Notes under the pieces: model-generated | Told to the model about the DNA's origin: nothing | Database searches by the model: none | Seen by the model: the letters and a program-made list of their open reading frames with translations, nothing else | Assembly (NCBI GenBank): GCA_964016885.1 | Contig: OZ024743.1 | Coordinates: 21,576,001-21,640,000, forward strand | Direction of reading: 5' to 3' | Source of the DNA: Eledone cirrhosa | Taxonomy: Eukaryota | Length of the DNA: 64,000 bases | Shown: positions 1 to 15,900 of the stretch, one piece after another | How the letters are laid out: each line of letters opens with the position of its first letter | Numbering within the stretch: the first letter of the stretch is position 1 | Program-made: the position numbers and the translations under genes

Positions 1-1529
1 AATAGTAAAAATACAGTGCTAGGCAGAGGTGAGAACACTATGGTAGCAGGATTATTAAACCATTTATATATAATAGTAAAAATAGAGTGCTGGGCAGAGG
101 TGAGAACACTATGGTAGCAGGATTATTAAACCATTTATATATAATAGTAAAAATAGAGTGCTGGGCAGAGGTGAGAACACTATGGTAGCAGGATTATTAA
201 ACCATTTATATATTATAGTAAAAATACAGTGCTGGGCAGAGGTGAGAACACTATGGTAGCTGGATTATTAAACCATTTATATATAATAGTAAAAATACAG
301 TGCTGGGCAGAGTTGAGAACACTATGGTAGCCGGATTATTAAACCATTTATATATAATAGTAAAAATACAGTGCTGGGCAAAGGTGAGACACTATGATAG
401 CTGGATTATTAAACCATTTATATATAATAGTAAAAATAGAGTGCTGGGCAGAGGTGAGAACATTATGGTAGCTGGATTATTAAACCATTTATATATAATA
501 GTAAAAATAGAGTGCTGGACAGAGGTAAGAACACTATAGTAGCTGGATTATTAAACCATTTATATATAATAGTAAAAATACAGTGCTGGGTAGAGGTGAG
601 AACACTATGGTAGCTGGATTATTAAACCATTTATATATAGTAGTAAAAATACAGTGCTGGGCAGGTGAGAACACTATGGTAGCCGGATTATTAAACCATT
701 TATATATAATAGTAAAAATACAGTGCTGGGCAAAGGTGAGACACTATGATAGCTGGATTATTAAACCATTTATATATAATAGTAAAAATAGAGTGCTGGG
801 CAGAGGTGAGAACACTGTGGTAGCTGGATTATTAAACCATTTATATATAATAGTAAAAATACAGTGCTGGGCAGAGGTGAGAACACTATGGTAGCTGGAT
901 TATTAAACCATTTATATATAATAGTAAAAATAGAGTGCTGGGCAGAGGTGAGAACACTGTGGTAGCTGGATTATTAAACCATTTATATATAATAGTAAAA
1001 ATACAGTGCTGGGCAGAGGTGAGAACACTATGGTAGCAGGATTATTAAACCATTTATATATAATAGTAAAAATAGAGTGCTGGGCAGAGGTGAGAGCACT
1101 ATGGTAGCTGGATTATTAAACCATTTAGATATAATAGTAAAAATACAGTGCTGGGCAGAGGTGAGAACACTATGGTAGCTGGATTATTAAACCATTTATA
1201 TATAATAGTAAAAATAGAGTGCTGGGCAGAGGTGAGAATACTATGGTAGCTGGATTATTAAACCATTTATATATAATAGTAAAAATAGAGTGCTGGGCAG
1301 AGGTGAGAACACTGTGGTAGCTGGATTATTAAACCATTTATATATAATAGTAAAAATAGAGTGCTGGGCAGAGGTGAGAACACTGTGGTAGCTGCATTAT
1401 TAAACCACTTATATATAATAGTAAAAATAGAGTGCTGGGCAGAGGTGAGAACACTGTGGGAGCTGCATTATTAAACCACTTATATATAATAGTAAAAATA
1501 GAGTGCTGGGCAGAGGTGAGAACACTATG

Positions 1530-4500
1530 GTAGCTGGATTATTAAACCATTTATATATAATAGTAAAAATAGAGTGCTGGGCAGAGGTGAGAACACTATG
1601 GTAGCTGGATTATTAAACCATTTATATATAATAGTAAAAATAGAGTGCTGGGCAGAGGTGAGAACACTATGGAAGCAGGATTATTAAACCATTTATATAT
1701 AATAGTAAAAATACAGTGCTGGGCAGATGTGAGAACACTATGGTAGCAGGATTATTAAACCATTTATATATAATAGTAAAAATAGAGTGCTGGGCAGAGG
1801 TGAGAACACTATGGTAGCAGGATTATTAAACCATTTATATATAATAGTAAAAATAGAGTGCTGGGCAGAGGTGAGAACACTATGGTAGCAGGATTATTAA
1901 ACCATTTATATATAATAGTAAAAATACAGTGCTGGGCAGAGGTGAGAACACTATGGTAGCTGGATTATTAAACCATTTATATATAATAGTAAAAATACAG
2001 TGCTGGGCAGAGGTGAGAACACTATGGTAGCTGGATTATTAAACCATTTATATATAATAGTAAAAATACAGTGCTGGGCAAAGGTGAGACACTATGATAG
2101 CTGGATTATTAAACCATTTATATATAATAGTAAAAATAGAGTGCTGGGCAGGGGTGAGAACACTGTGGTAGCTGGATTATTAAACCATTTATATATAATA
2201 GTAAAAATAGAGTGCTGGGCAGAGGTGAGAACATTATGGTAGCTGGATTATTAAACCATTTATATATAATAGTAAAAATAGAGTGCTGGGCAGAGGTAAG
2301 AACACTATAGTAGCTGGATTATTAAACCATTTATATATAATAGTAAAAATACAGTGTTGGGCAGAGGTGAGAACACTATGGTAGCTGGATTATTAAACCA
2401 TTTATATATAGTAGTAAAAATACAGTGCTGGGCAGGTGAGAACACTATGGTTGCCGGATTATTAAACCATTTATATATAATAGTAAAAATACAGTGCTGG
2501 GCAAAGGTGAGACACTATGATAGCTGGATTATTAAACCATTTATATATAATAGTAAAAATAGAGTGCTGGGCAAAGGTGAGACACTATGATAGCTGGATT
2601 ATTAAACCATTTATATATAATAGTAAAAATAGAGTGCTGGGCAGAGGTGAGAACATTATGGTAGCTGGATTATTAAACCATTTATATATAATAGTAAAAA
2701 TAGAGTGCTGGGCAGAGGTAAGAACACTATAGTAGCTGGATTATTAAACCATTTATATATAATAGTAAAAATACAGTGTTGGGCAGAGGTGAGAACACTA
2801 TGGTAGCTGGATTATTAAACCATTTATATATAGTAGTAAAAATACAGTGCTGGGCAGGTGAGAACACTATGGTTGCCGGATTATTAAACCATTTATATAT
2901 AATAGTAAAAATACAGTGCTGGGCAAAGGTGAGACACTATGATAGCTGGATTATTAAACCATTTATATATAATAGTAAAAATAGAGTGCTGGGCAGAGGT
3001 GAGAACACTGTGGTAGCTGGATTATTAAACCATTTATATATAATAGTAAAAATACAGTGCTGGGCAGAGGTGAGAACACTATGGTAGCTGGATTATTAAA
3101 CCATTTATATATAATAGTAAAAATAGAGTGCTGGGCAGAGGTGAGAACACTGTGGTAGCTGGATTATTAAACCATTTATATATAATAGTAAAAATAGAGT
3201 GCTGGGCAGAGGTGAGAACACTATGGTAGCTGGATTATTATACCATTTATATATAATAGTAAAAATAGAGTGCTGGGCAGAGGTGAGAACGCTATGGAAG
3301 CAGGATTATTAAACCATTTATATATAATAGTAAAAATACAGTGCTAGGCAGAGGTGAGAACACTATGGTAGCAGGATTATTAAACCATTTATATATAATA
3401 GTAAAAATAGAGTGCTGGGCAGAGGTGAGAACACTATGGTAGCAGGATTATTAAACCATTTATATATAATAGTAAAAATAGAGTGCTGGGCAGAGGTGAG
3501 AACACTATGGTAGCAGGATTATTAAACCATTTATATATAATAGTAAAAATACAGTGCTGGGCAGAGGTGAGAACACTATGGTAGCTGGATTATTAAACCA
3601 TTTATATATAATAGTAAAAATACAGTGCTGGGCAGAGTTGAGAACACTATGGTAGCCGGATTATTAAACCATTTATATATAATAGTAAAAATACAGTGCT
3701 GGGCAAAGGTGAGACACTATGATAGCTGGATTATTGAACCATTTATATATAATAGTAAAAATAGAGTGCTGGGCAGAGGTGAGAACACTATGGTAGCAGG
3801 ATTATTAAACCATTTATATATAATAGTAAAAATAGAGTGCTAGGCAGAGGTGAGAACACTATGGTAGCAGGATTATTAAACCATTTATATATAATAGTAA
3901 AAATACAGTGCTGGGCAGAGGTGAGAACACTATGGTAGCTGGATTATTAAACCATTTATATATAATAGTAAAAATACAGTGCTGGGCAGAGCTGAGAACA
4001 CTATGGTAGCCGGATTATTAGAACCATTTATATATAATAGTAAAAATACAGTGCTGGGCAAAGGTGAGACACTATGATAGCTGGATTATTAAACCATTTA
4101 TATATAATAGTAAAAATAGAGCGCTGGGCAGAGGTGAGAACACTATGGTAGCTGGATTATTAAACCATTTATATATAATAGTAAAAATAGAGCGCTGGGC
4201 AGAGGTGAGAACACTATGGTAGCTGGATTATTAAACCATTTATATATAATAGTAAAAATACAGTGCTGGGTAGAGGTGAGAACACTATGGTAGCTGGATT
4301 ATTAAACCATTTATATATAGTAGTAAAAATACAGTGCTGGGCAGAGGTGAGAACACTATGGTAGACGGATTATTAAACCATTTATATATAATAGTAAAAA
4401 TAGAGCGCTGGGCAGAGGTGAGAACACTATGATAGCTGGATTATTAAACCATTTATATATAATAGTAAAAATACAGTGCTGGGCAGAGCTGAGAACACTA

Positions 4501-7500
4501 TGATAGCTGGATTATTAAACCATTTATATATAATAGTAAAAATACAGTGCTGGGCAAAGGTGAGACACTATGATAGCTGGATTATTAAACCATTTATATA
4601 TAATAGTAAAAATAGAGTGCTGGGCAGAGGTGAGAACACTGTGGTAGCTGGATTATTAAACCATTTATATATAATAGTAAAAATACAGTGCTGGGCAGAG
4701 GTGAGAACACTGTGGTAGCTGCATTATTAAACCACTTATATATAATAGTAAAAATAGAGTGCTGGGCAGAGGTGAGAACACTATGGTAGCTGGATTATTA
4801 AACCATTTATATATAATAGTAAAAATACAGTGCTGGGCAGAGGTGAGAACATTATCGTAGCTGGATTATTAAACCATTTATATATAATAGTAAAAATAGA
4901 GTGCTGGGCAGAGGTGAGAACACTGTGGTAGCTGGATTATTAAACCATTTATATATAATAGTAAAAATACAGTGCTGGGCAGAGGTGAGAACACTATGGT
5001 AGCTGGATTATTAAACCATTTATATATAATAGTAAAAATAGAGTGCTGGGCAGAGGTGAGAACATTATCGTAGCTGGATTATTAAACCATTTATATATAA
5101 TAGTAAAAATAGAGTGCTGGGCAGAGGTGAGAACACTATGGTAGCTGGATTATTATACCATTTATATATAATAGTAAAAATAGAGTGCTGGGCAGAGGTG
5201 AGAACACTATGGAAGCAGGATTATTAAACCATTTATATATAATAGTAAAAATACAGTGCTGGGCAGAGGTGAGAATACTATGGTAGCAGGATTATTAAAC
5301 CATTTATATATAATAGTAAAAATAGAGTGCTGGGCAGAGGTGAGAACACTATGGTAGCAGGATTATTAAACCATTTATATATAATAGTAAAAATAGAGTG
5401 CTGGGCAGAGGTGAGAACACTATGGTAGCAGGATTATTAAACCATTTATATATAATAGTAAAAATACAGTGCTGGGCAGAGGTGAGAACACTATGGTAGC
5501 TGGATAATTAAACCATTTATATATAATAGTAAAAATACAGTGCTGGGCAGAGGTGAGAACACTATGGTAGCTGGATTATTAAACCATTTATATATAATAG
5601 TAAAAATACAGTGCTGGGCAAAGGTGAGACACTATGATAGCTGGATTATTAAACCATTTATATATAATAGTAAAAATAGAGTGCTGGGCAGAGGTGAGAA
5701 CATTATGGTAGCTGGATTATTAAACCATTTATATATAATAGTAAAAATAGAGTGCTGGGCAGAGGTAAGAACACTATAGTAGCTGGATTATTAAACCATT
5801 TATATATAATAGTAAAAATAGAGTGCTGGGCAAAGGTGAGACACTATGATAGCTGGATTATTAAACCATTTATATATAGTAGTAAAAATACAGTGCTGGG
5901 CAGGTGAGAACACTATGGTTGCCGGATTATTAAACCATTTATATATAATAGTAAAAATACAGTGCTGGGCAAAGGTGAGACACTATGATAGCTGGATTAT
6001 TAAACCATTTATATATAATAGTAAAAATAGAGTGCTGGGCAGAGGTGAGAACACTATGGTAGCTGGATTATTAAACCATTTATATATAATAGTAAAAATA
6101 GAGTGCTGGGCAGAGGTGAGAACACTATGGAAGCAGGATTATTAAACCATTTATATATAATAGTAAAAATACAGTGCTGGGCAGAGGTGAGAACACTATG
6201 GTAGCAGGATTATTAAACCATTTATATATAATAGTAAAAATAGAGTGCTGGGCAGAGGTGAGAACACTATGGTAGCAGGATTATTAAACCATTTATATAT
6301 AATAGTAAAAATAGAGTGCTGGGCAGAGGTGAGAACACTATGGTAGTAGGATTATTAAACCATTTATATATAATAGTAAAAATACAGTGCTGGGCAGAGG
6401 TGAGAACACTATGGTAGCTGGATTATTAAACCATTTATATATAATAGTAAAAATACAGTGCTGGGCAGAGGTGAGAACACTATGGTAGCTGGATTATTAA
6501 ACCATTTATATATAATAGTAAAAATACAGTGCTGGGCAAAGGTGAGACACTATGATAGCTGGATTATTAAACCATTTATATATAATAGTAAAAATAGAGT
6601 GCTGGGCAGGGGTGAGAACACTGTGGTAGCTGGATTATTAAACCATTTATATATAATAGTAAAAATAGAGTGCTGGGCAGAGGTGAGAACATTATGGTAG
6701 CTGGATTATTAAACCATTTATATATAATAGTAAAAATAGAGTGCTGGGCAGAGGTAAGAACACTATAGTAGCTGGATTATTAAACCATTTATATATAATA
6801 GTAAAAATACAGTGTTGGGCAGAGGTGAGAACACTATGGTAGCTGGATTATTAAACCATTTATATATAGTAGTAAAAATACAGTGCTGGGCAGGTGAGAA
6901 CACTATGGTTGCCGGATTATTAAACCATTTATATATAATAGTAAAAATACAGTGCTGGGCAAAGGTGAGACACTATGATAGCTGGATTATTAAACCATTT
7001 ATATATAATAGTAAAAATAGAGTGCTGGGCAAAGGTGAGACACTATGATAGCTGGATTATTAAACCATTTATATATAATAGTAAAAATAGAGTGCTGGGC
7101 AGAGGTGAGAACATTATGGTAGCTGGATTATTAAACCATTTATATATAATAGTAAAAATAGAGTGCTGGGCAGAGGTAAGAACACTATAGTAGCTGGATT
7201 ATTAAACCATTTATATATAATAGTAAAAATACAGTGTTGGGCAGAGGTGAGAACACTATGGTAGCTGGATTATTAAACCATTTATATATAGTAGTAAAAA
7301 TACAGTGCTGGGCAGGTGAGAACACTATGGTTGCCGGATTATTAAACCATTTATATATAATAGTAAAAATACAGTGCTGGGCAAAGGTGAGACACTATGA
7401 TAGCTGGATTATTAAACCATTTATATATAATAGTAAAAATAGAGTGCTGGGCAGAGGTGAGAACACTGTGGTAGCTGGATTATTAAACCATTTATATATA

Positions 7501-9915
7501 ATAGTAAAAATAGAGTGCTGGGCAGAGGTGAGAACACTATGGTAGCTGGATTATTATACCATTTATATATAATAGTAAAAATAGAGTGCTGGGCAGAGGT
7601 GAGAACGCTATGGAAGCAGGATTATTAAACCATTTATATATAATAGTAAAAATACAGTGCTAGGCAGAGGTGAGAACACTATGGTAGCAGGATTATTAAA
7701 CCATTTATATATAATAGTAAAAATAGAGTGCTGGGCAGAGGTGAGAACACTATGGTAGCAGGATTATTAAACCATTTATATATAATAGTAAAAATAGAGT
7801 GCTGGGCAGAGGTGAGAACACTATGGTAGCAGGATTATTAAACCATTCATATATAATAGTAAAAATACAGTGCTGGGCAGAGGTGAGAACACTATGGTAG
7901 CTGGATTATTAAACCATTTATATATAATAGTAAAAATACAGTGCTGGGCAGAGTTGAGAACACTATGGTAGCCGGATTATTAAACCATTTATATATAATA
8001 GTAAAAATACAGTGCTGGGCAAAGGTGAGACACTATGATAGCTGGATTATTAAACCATTTATATATAATAGTAAAAATAGAGTGCTGGGCAGAGGTGAGA
8101 ACACTATGGTAGCAGGATTATTAAACCATTTATATATAATAGTAAAAATAGAGTGCTAGGCAGAGGTGAGAACACTATGGTAGCAGGATTATTAAACCAT
8201 TTATATATAATAGTAAAAATACAGTGCTGGGCAGAGGTGAGAACACTATGGTAGCTGGATTATTAAACCATTTATATATAATAGTAAAAATACAGTGCTG
8301 GGCAGAGCTGAGAACACTATGGTAGCCGGATTATTAGAACCATTTATATATAATAGTAAAAATACAGTGCTGGGCAAAGGTGAGACACTATGATAGCTGG
8401 ATTATTAAACCATTTATATATAATAGTAAAAATAGAGCGCTGGGCAGAGGTGAGAACACTATGGTAGCTGGATTATTAAACCATTTATATATAATAGTAA
8501 AAATAGAGCGCTGGGCAGAGGTGAGAACACTATGGTAGCTGGATTATTAAACCATTTATATATAATAGTAAAAATACAGTGCTGGGTAGAGGTGAGAACA
8601 CTATGGTAGCTGGATTATTAAACCATTTATATATAGTAGTAAAAATACAGTGCTGGGCAGAGGTGAGAACACTATGGTAGACGGATTATTAAACCATTTA
8701 TATATAATAGTAAAAATAGAGCGCTGGGCAGAGGTGAGAACACTATGATAGCTGGATTATTAAACCATTTATATATAATAGTAAAAATACAGTGCTGGGC
8801 AGAGCTGAGAACACTATGATAGCTGGATTATTAAACCATTTATATATAATAGTAAAAATACAGTGCTGGGCAAAGGTGAGACACTATGATAGCTGGATTA
8901 TTAAACCATTTATATATAATAGTAAAAATAGAGTGCTGGGCAGAGGTGAGAACACTGTGGTAGCTGGATTATTAAACCATTTATATATAATAGTAAAAAT
9001 ACAGTGCTGGGCAGAGGTGAGAACACTGTGGTAGCTGCATTATTAAACCACTTATATATAATAGTAAAAATAGAGTGCTGGGCAGAGGTGAGAACACTAT
9101 GGTAGCTGGATTATTAAACCATTTATATATAATAGTAAAAATACAGTGCTGGGCAGAGGTGAGAACATTATCGTAGCTGGATTATTAAACCATTTATATA
9201 TAATAGTAAAAATAGAGTGCTGGGCAGAGGTGAGAACACTGTGGTAGCTGGATTATTAAACCATTTATATATAATAGTAAAAATACAGTGCTGGGCAGAG
9301 GTGAGAACACTATGGTAGCTGGATTATTAAACCATTTATATATAATAGTAAAAATAGAGTGCTGGGCAGAGGTGAGAACATTATCGTAGCTGGATTATTA
9401 AACCATTTATATATAATAGTAAAAATAGAGTGCTGGGCAGAGGTGAGAACACTATGGTAGCTGGATTATTATACCATTTATATATAATAGTAAAAATAGA
9501 GTGCTGGGCAGAGGTGAGAACACTATGGAAGCAGGATTATTAAACCATTTATATATAATAGTAAAAATACAGTGCTGGGCAGAGGTGAGAATACTATGGT
9601 AGCAGGATTATTAAACCATTTATATATAATAGTAAAAATAGAGTGCTGGGCAGAGGTGAGAACACTATGGTAGCAGGATTATTAAACCATTTATATATAA
9701 TAGTAAAAATAGAGTGCTGGGCAGAGGTGAGAACACTATGGTAGCAGGATTATTAAACCATTTATATATAATAGTAAAAATACAGTGCTGGGCAGAGGTG
9801 AGAACACTATGGTAGCTGGATTATTAAACCATTTATATATAATAGTAAAAATACAGTGCTGGGCAGAGGTGAGAACACTATGGTAGCTGGATTATTAAAC
9901 CATTTATATATAATA
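1530..9915. repeat. Duplication of about 4.3-4.46 kb within the satellite
   Basis: 2000, 2354 and 2776 recur at +4458. 3625 and 4476 recur at +4316, a two-monomer difference. Confidence 0.85.
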
Positions 9916-12900
9916 GTAAAAATACAGTGCTGGGCAGAGGTGAGAACATTATGGTAGCTGGATTATTAAACCATTTATATATAATAGTAAAAATAGAGTG
10001 CTGGGCAGAGGTAAGAACACTATAGTAGCTGGATTATTAAACCATTTATATATAATAGTAAAAATACAGTGCTGGGTAGAGGTGAGAACACTATGGTAGC
10101 TGGATTATTAAACCATTTATATATAATAGTAAAAATACAGTGCTGGGCAGAGGTGAGAACACTGTGGTAGCTGGATTATTAAACCATTTATATATAGTAG
10201 TAAAAATACAGTGCTGGGCAGGTGAGAACACTATGGTTGCCGGATTATTAAACCATTTATATATAATAGTAAAAATACAGTGCTGGGCAAAGGTGAGACA
10301 CTATGATAGCTGGATTATTAAACCATTTATATATAATAGTAAAAATACAGTGCTGGGTAGAGGTGAGAACACTATGGTAGCTGGATTATTAAACCATTTA
10401 TATATAGTAGTAAAAATACAGTGCTGGGCAGGTGAGAACACTATGGTTGCCGGATTATTAAACCATTTATATATAATAGTAAAAATACAGTGCTGGGCAA
10501 AGGTGAGACACTATGATAGCTGGATTATTAAACCATTTATATATAATAGTAAAAATAGAGTGCTGGGCAGAGGTGAGAACACTGTGGTAGCTGGATTATT
10601 AAACCATTTATATATAATAGTAAAAATAGAGTGCTGGGCAGAGGTGAGAACACTATGGTAGCTGGATTATTAAACCATTTATATATAATAGTAAAAATAC
10701 AGTGCTGGGCAGAGGTGAGAACACTGTGGTAGCTGGATTATTAAACCATTTATATATAATAGTAAAAATACAGTGCTGGGCAGAGGTGAGAACACTATGG
10801 TAGCTGGATTATTAAACCATTTATATATAATAGTAAAAATAGAGTGCTGGGCAGAGGTGAGAACACTATGGTAGCTGGATTATTATACCATTTATATATA
10901 ATAGTAAAAATAGAGTGCTGGGCAGAGGTGAGAACGCTATGGAAGCAGGATTATTAAACCATTTATATATAATAGTAAAAATACAGTGCTAGGCAGAGGT
11001 GAGAACACTATGGTAGCAGGATTATTAAACCATTTATATATAATAGTAAAAATAGAGTGCTGGGCAGAGGTGAGAACACTATGGTAGCAGGATTATTAAA
11101 CCATTTATATATAATAGTAAAAATAGAGTGCTGGGCAGAGGTGAGAACACTATGGTAGCAGGATTATTAAACCATTTATATATAATAGTAAAAATACAGT
11201 GTTGGGCAGAGGTGAGAACACTATGGTAGCAGGATTATTAAACCATTTATATATAATAGTAAAAATACAGTGCTGGGCAGAGGTGAGAACACTATGGTAG
11301 CTGGATTATTAAACCATTTATATATAATAGTAAAAATACAGTGCTGGGCAGAGTTGAGAACACTATGGTAGCCGGATTATTAAACCATTTATATATAATA
11401 GTAAAAATACAGTGCTGGGCAAAGGTGAGACAATATGATAGCTGGATTATTAAACCATTTATATATAATAGTAAAAATAGAGTGCTGGGCAGAGGTGAGA
11501 ACATTATGGTAGCTGGATTATTAAACCATTTATATATAATAGTAAAAATAGAGTGCTGGACAGAGGTAAGAACACTATAGTAGCTGGATTATTAAACCAT
11601 TTATATATAATAGTAAAAATACAGTGCTGGGCAGAGGTGAGAACACTATGGTAGCTGGATTATTAAACCATTTATATATAGTAGTAAAAATACAGTGCTG
11701 GGCAGGTGAGAACACTATGGTAGCCGGATTATTAAACCATTTATATATAATAGTAAAAATACAGTGCTGGGCAAAGGTGAGACACTATGATAGCTGGATT
11801 ATTAAACCATTTATATATAATAGTAAAAATAGAGTGCTGGGCAGAGGTGAGAACACTGTGGTAGCTGGATTATTAAACCATTTATATATAATAGTAAAAA
11901 TACAGTGCTGGGCAGAGGTGAGAACACTATGGTAGCTGGATTATTAAACCATTTATATATAATAGTAAAAATAGAGTGCTGGGCAGAGGTGAGAACACTG
12001 TGGTAGCTGGATTATTAAACCATTTATATATAATAGTAAAAATACAGTGCTGGGCAGAGGTGAGAACACTATGGTAGCAGGATTATTAAACCATTTATAT
12101 ATAATAGTAAAAATAGAGTGCTGGGCAGAGGTGAGAGCACTATGGTAGCTGGATTATTAAACCATTTAGATATAATAGTAAAAATACAGTGCTGGGCAAA
12201 GGTGAGACACTATGATAGCTGGATTATTAAACCATTTATATATAATAGTAAAAATAGAGTGCTGGGCAGAGGTGAGAACACTATGGTAGCTGGATTATTA
12301 AACCATTTATATATAATAGTAAAAATAGAGTGCTGGGCAGAGGTGAGAATACTATGGTAGCTGGATTATTAAACCATTTATATATAATAGTAAAAATAGA
12401 GTGCTGGGCAGAGGTGAGAACACTGTGGTAGCTGCATTATTAAACCACTTATATATAATAGTAAAAATAGAGTGCTGGGCAGAGGTGAGAACACTGTGGT
12501 AGCTGCATTATTAAACCACTTATATATAATAGTAAAAATAGAGTGCTGGGCAGAGGTGAGAACACTGTGGGAGCTGCATTATTAAACCACTTATATATAA
12601 TAGTAAAAATAGAGTGCTGGGCAGAGGTGAGAACACTGTGGTAGCTGGATTATTAAACCATTTATATATAATAGTAAAAATACAGTGCTGGGCAGAGGTG
12701 AGAACACTATGGTAGCTGGATTATTAAACCATTTATATATAATAGTAAAAATACAGTGCTGGGCAGAGCTGAGAACACTATGGTAGCCGGATTATTAGAA
12801 CCATTTATATATAATAGTAAAAATAGAGCGCTGGGCAGAGGTGAGAACACTATGGTAGCTGGATTATTAAACCATTTATATATAATAGTAAAAATACAGT

Positions 12901-15900
12901 GCTGGGTAGAGGTGAGAACACTATGGTAGCTGGATTATTAAACCATTTATATATAATAGTAAAAATACAGTGCTGGGCAGAGGTGAGAACACTATGGTAG
13001 ACGGATTATTAAACCATTTATATATAATAGTAAAAATACAGTGCTGGGCAGAGGTGAGACACTATGATAGCTGGATTATTAAACCATTTATATATAATAG
13101 TAAAAATACAGTGCTGGGCAGAGCTGAGAACACTATGGTAGCCGGATTATTAGAACCATTTATATATAATAGTAAAAATACAGTGCTGGGCAAAGGTGAG
13201 ACACTATGATAGCTGGATTATTAAACCATTTATATATAATAGTAAAAATAGAGCGCTGGGCAGAGGTGAGAACACTATGGTAGCTGGATTATTAAACCAT
13301 TTATATATAATAGTAAAAATAGAGCGCTGGGCAGAGGTGAGAACACTATGGTAGCTGGATTATTAAACCATTTATATATAATAGTAAAAATACAGTGCTG
13401 GGTAGAGGTGAGAACACTATGGTAGCTGGATTATTAAACCATTTATATATAGTAGTAAAAATACAGTGCTGGGCAGAGGTGAGAACACTATGGTAGACGG
13501 ATTATTAAACCATTTATATATAATAGTAAAAATAGAGCGCTGGGCAGAGGTGAGAACACTATGATAGCTGGATTATTAAACCATTTATATATAATAGTAA
13601 AAATACAGTGCTGGGCAGAGCTGAGAACACTATGATAGCTGGATTATTAAACCATTTATATATAATAGTAAAAATACAGTGCTGGGCAAAGGTGAGACAC
13701 TATGATAGCTGGATTATTAAACCATTTATATATAATAGTAAAAATAGAGTGCTGGGCAGAGGTGAGAACACTGTGGTAGCTGGATTATTAAACCATTTAT
13801 ATATAATAGTAAAAATACAGTGCTGGGCAGAGGTGAGAACACTGTGGTAGCTGCATTATTAAACCACTTATATATAATAGTAAAAATAGAGTGCTGGGCA
13901 GAGGTGAGAACACTATGGTAGCTGGATTATTAAACCATTTATATATAATAGTAAAAATACAGTGCTGGGCAGAGGTGAGAACATTATCGTAGCTGGATTA
14001 TTAAACCATTTATATATAATAGTAAAAATAGAGTGCTGGGCAGAGGTGAGAACACTGTGGTAGCTGGATTATTAAACCATTTATATATAATAGTAAAAAT
14101 ACAGTGCTGGGCAGAGGTGAGAACACTATGGTAGCTGGATTATTAAACCATTTATATATAATAGTAAAAATAGAGTGCTGGGCAGAGGTGAGAACATTAT
14201 CGTAGCTGGATTATTAAACCATTTATATATAATAGTAAAAATAGAGTGCTGGGCAGAGGTGAGAACACTATGGTAGCTGGATTATTATACCATTTATATA
14301 TAATAGTAAAAATAGAGTGCTGGGCAGAGGTGAGAACACTATGGAAGCAGGATTATTAAACCATTTATATATAATAGTAAAAATACAGTGCTGGGCAGAG
14401 GTGAGAATACTATGGTAGCAGGATTATTAAACCATTTATATATAATAGTAAAAATAGAGTGCTGGGCAGAGGTGAGAACACTATGGTAGCAGGATTATTA
14501 AACCATTTATATATAATAGTAAAAATAGAGTGCTGGGCAGAGGTGAGAACACTATGGTAGCAGGATTATTAAACCATTTATATATAATAGTAAAAATACA
14601 GTGCTGGGCAGAGGTGAGAACACTATGGTAGCTGGATTATTAAACCATTTATATATAATAGTAAAAATACAGTGCTGGGCAGAGGTGAGAACACTATGGT
14701 AGCTGGATTATTAAACCATTTATATATAATAGTAAAAATACAGTGCTGGGCAAAGGTGAGACACTATGATAGCTGGATTATTAAACCATTTATATATAAT
14801 AGTAAAAATAGAGTGCTGGGCAGAGGTGAGAACATTATGGTAGCTGGATTATTAAACCATTTATATATAATAGTAAAAATAGAGTGCTGGGCAGAGGTAA
14901 GAACACTATAGTAGCTGGATTATTAAACCATTTATATATAATAGTAAAAATACAGTGCTGGGTAGAGGTGAGAACACTATGGTAGCTGGATTATTAAACC
15001 ATTTATATATAATAGTAAAAATACAGTGCTGGGCAGAGGTGAGAACACTGTGGTAGCTGGATTATTAAACCATTTATATATAGTAGTAAAAATAGAGTGC
15101 TGGGCAGGTGAGAACACTATGGTTGCCGGATTATTAAACCATTTATATATAATAGTAAAAATACAGTGCTGGGCAAAGGTGAGACACTATGATAGCTGGA
15201 TTATTAAACCATTTATATATAATAGTAAAAATACAGTGCTGGGTAGAGGTGAGAACACTATGGTAGCTGGATTATTAAACCATTTATATATAGTAGTAAA
15301 AATACAGTGCTGGGCAGGTGAGAACACTATGGTTGCCGGATTATTAAACCATTTATATATAATAGTAAAAATACAGTGCTGGGCAAAGGTGAGACACTAT
15401 GATAGCTGGATTATTAAACCATTTATATATAATAGTAAAAATAGAGTGCTGGGCAGAGGTGAGAACACTGTGGTAGCTGGATTATTAAACCATTTATATA
15501 TAATAGTAAAAATAGAGTGCTGGGCAGAGGTGAGAACACTATGGTAGCTGGATTATTAAACCATTTATATATAATAGTAAAAATACAGTGCTGGGCAGAG
15601 GTGAGAACACTGTGGTAGCTGGATTATTAAACCATTTATATATAATAGTAAAAATACAGTGCTGGGCAGAGGTGAGAACACTATGGTAGCTGGATTATTA
15701 AACCATTTATATATAATAGTAAAAATAGAGTGCTGGGCAGAGGTGAGAACACTATGGTAGCTGGATTATTATACCATTTATATATAATAGTAAAAATAGA
15801 GTGCTGGGCAGAGGTGAGAACGCTATGGAAGCAGGATTATTAAACCATTTATATATAATAGTAAAAATACAGTGCTAGGCAGAGGTGAGAACACTATGGT

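Noticed and set aside
813-819. RSS heptamer CACTGTG/CACAGTG in variant monomers
   Set aside because: No correctly oriented ACAAAAACC-like nonamer at 12- or 23-bp spacing.
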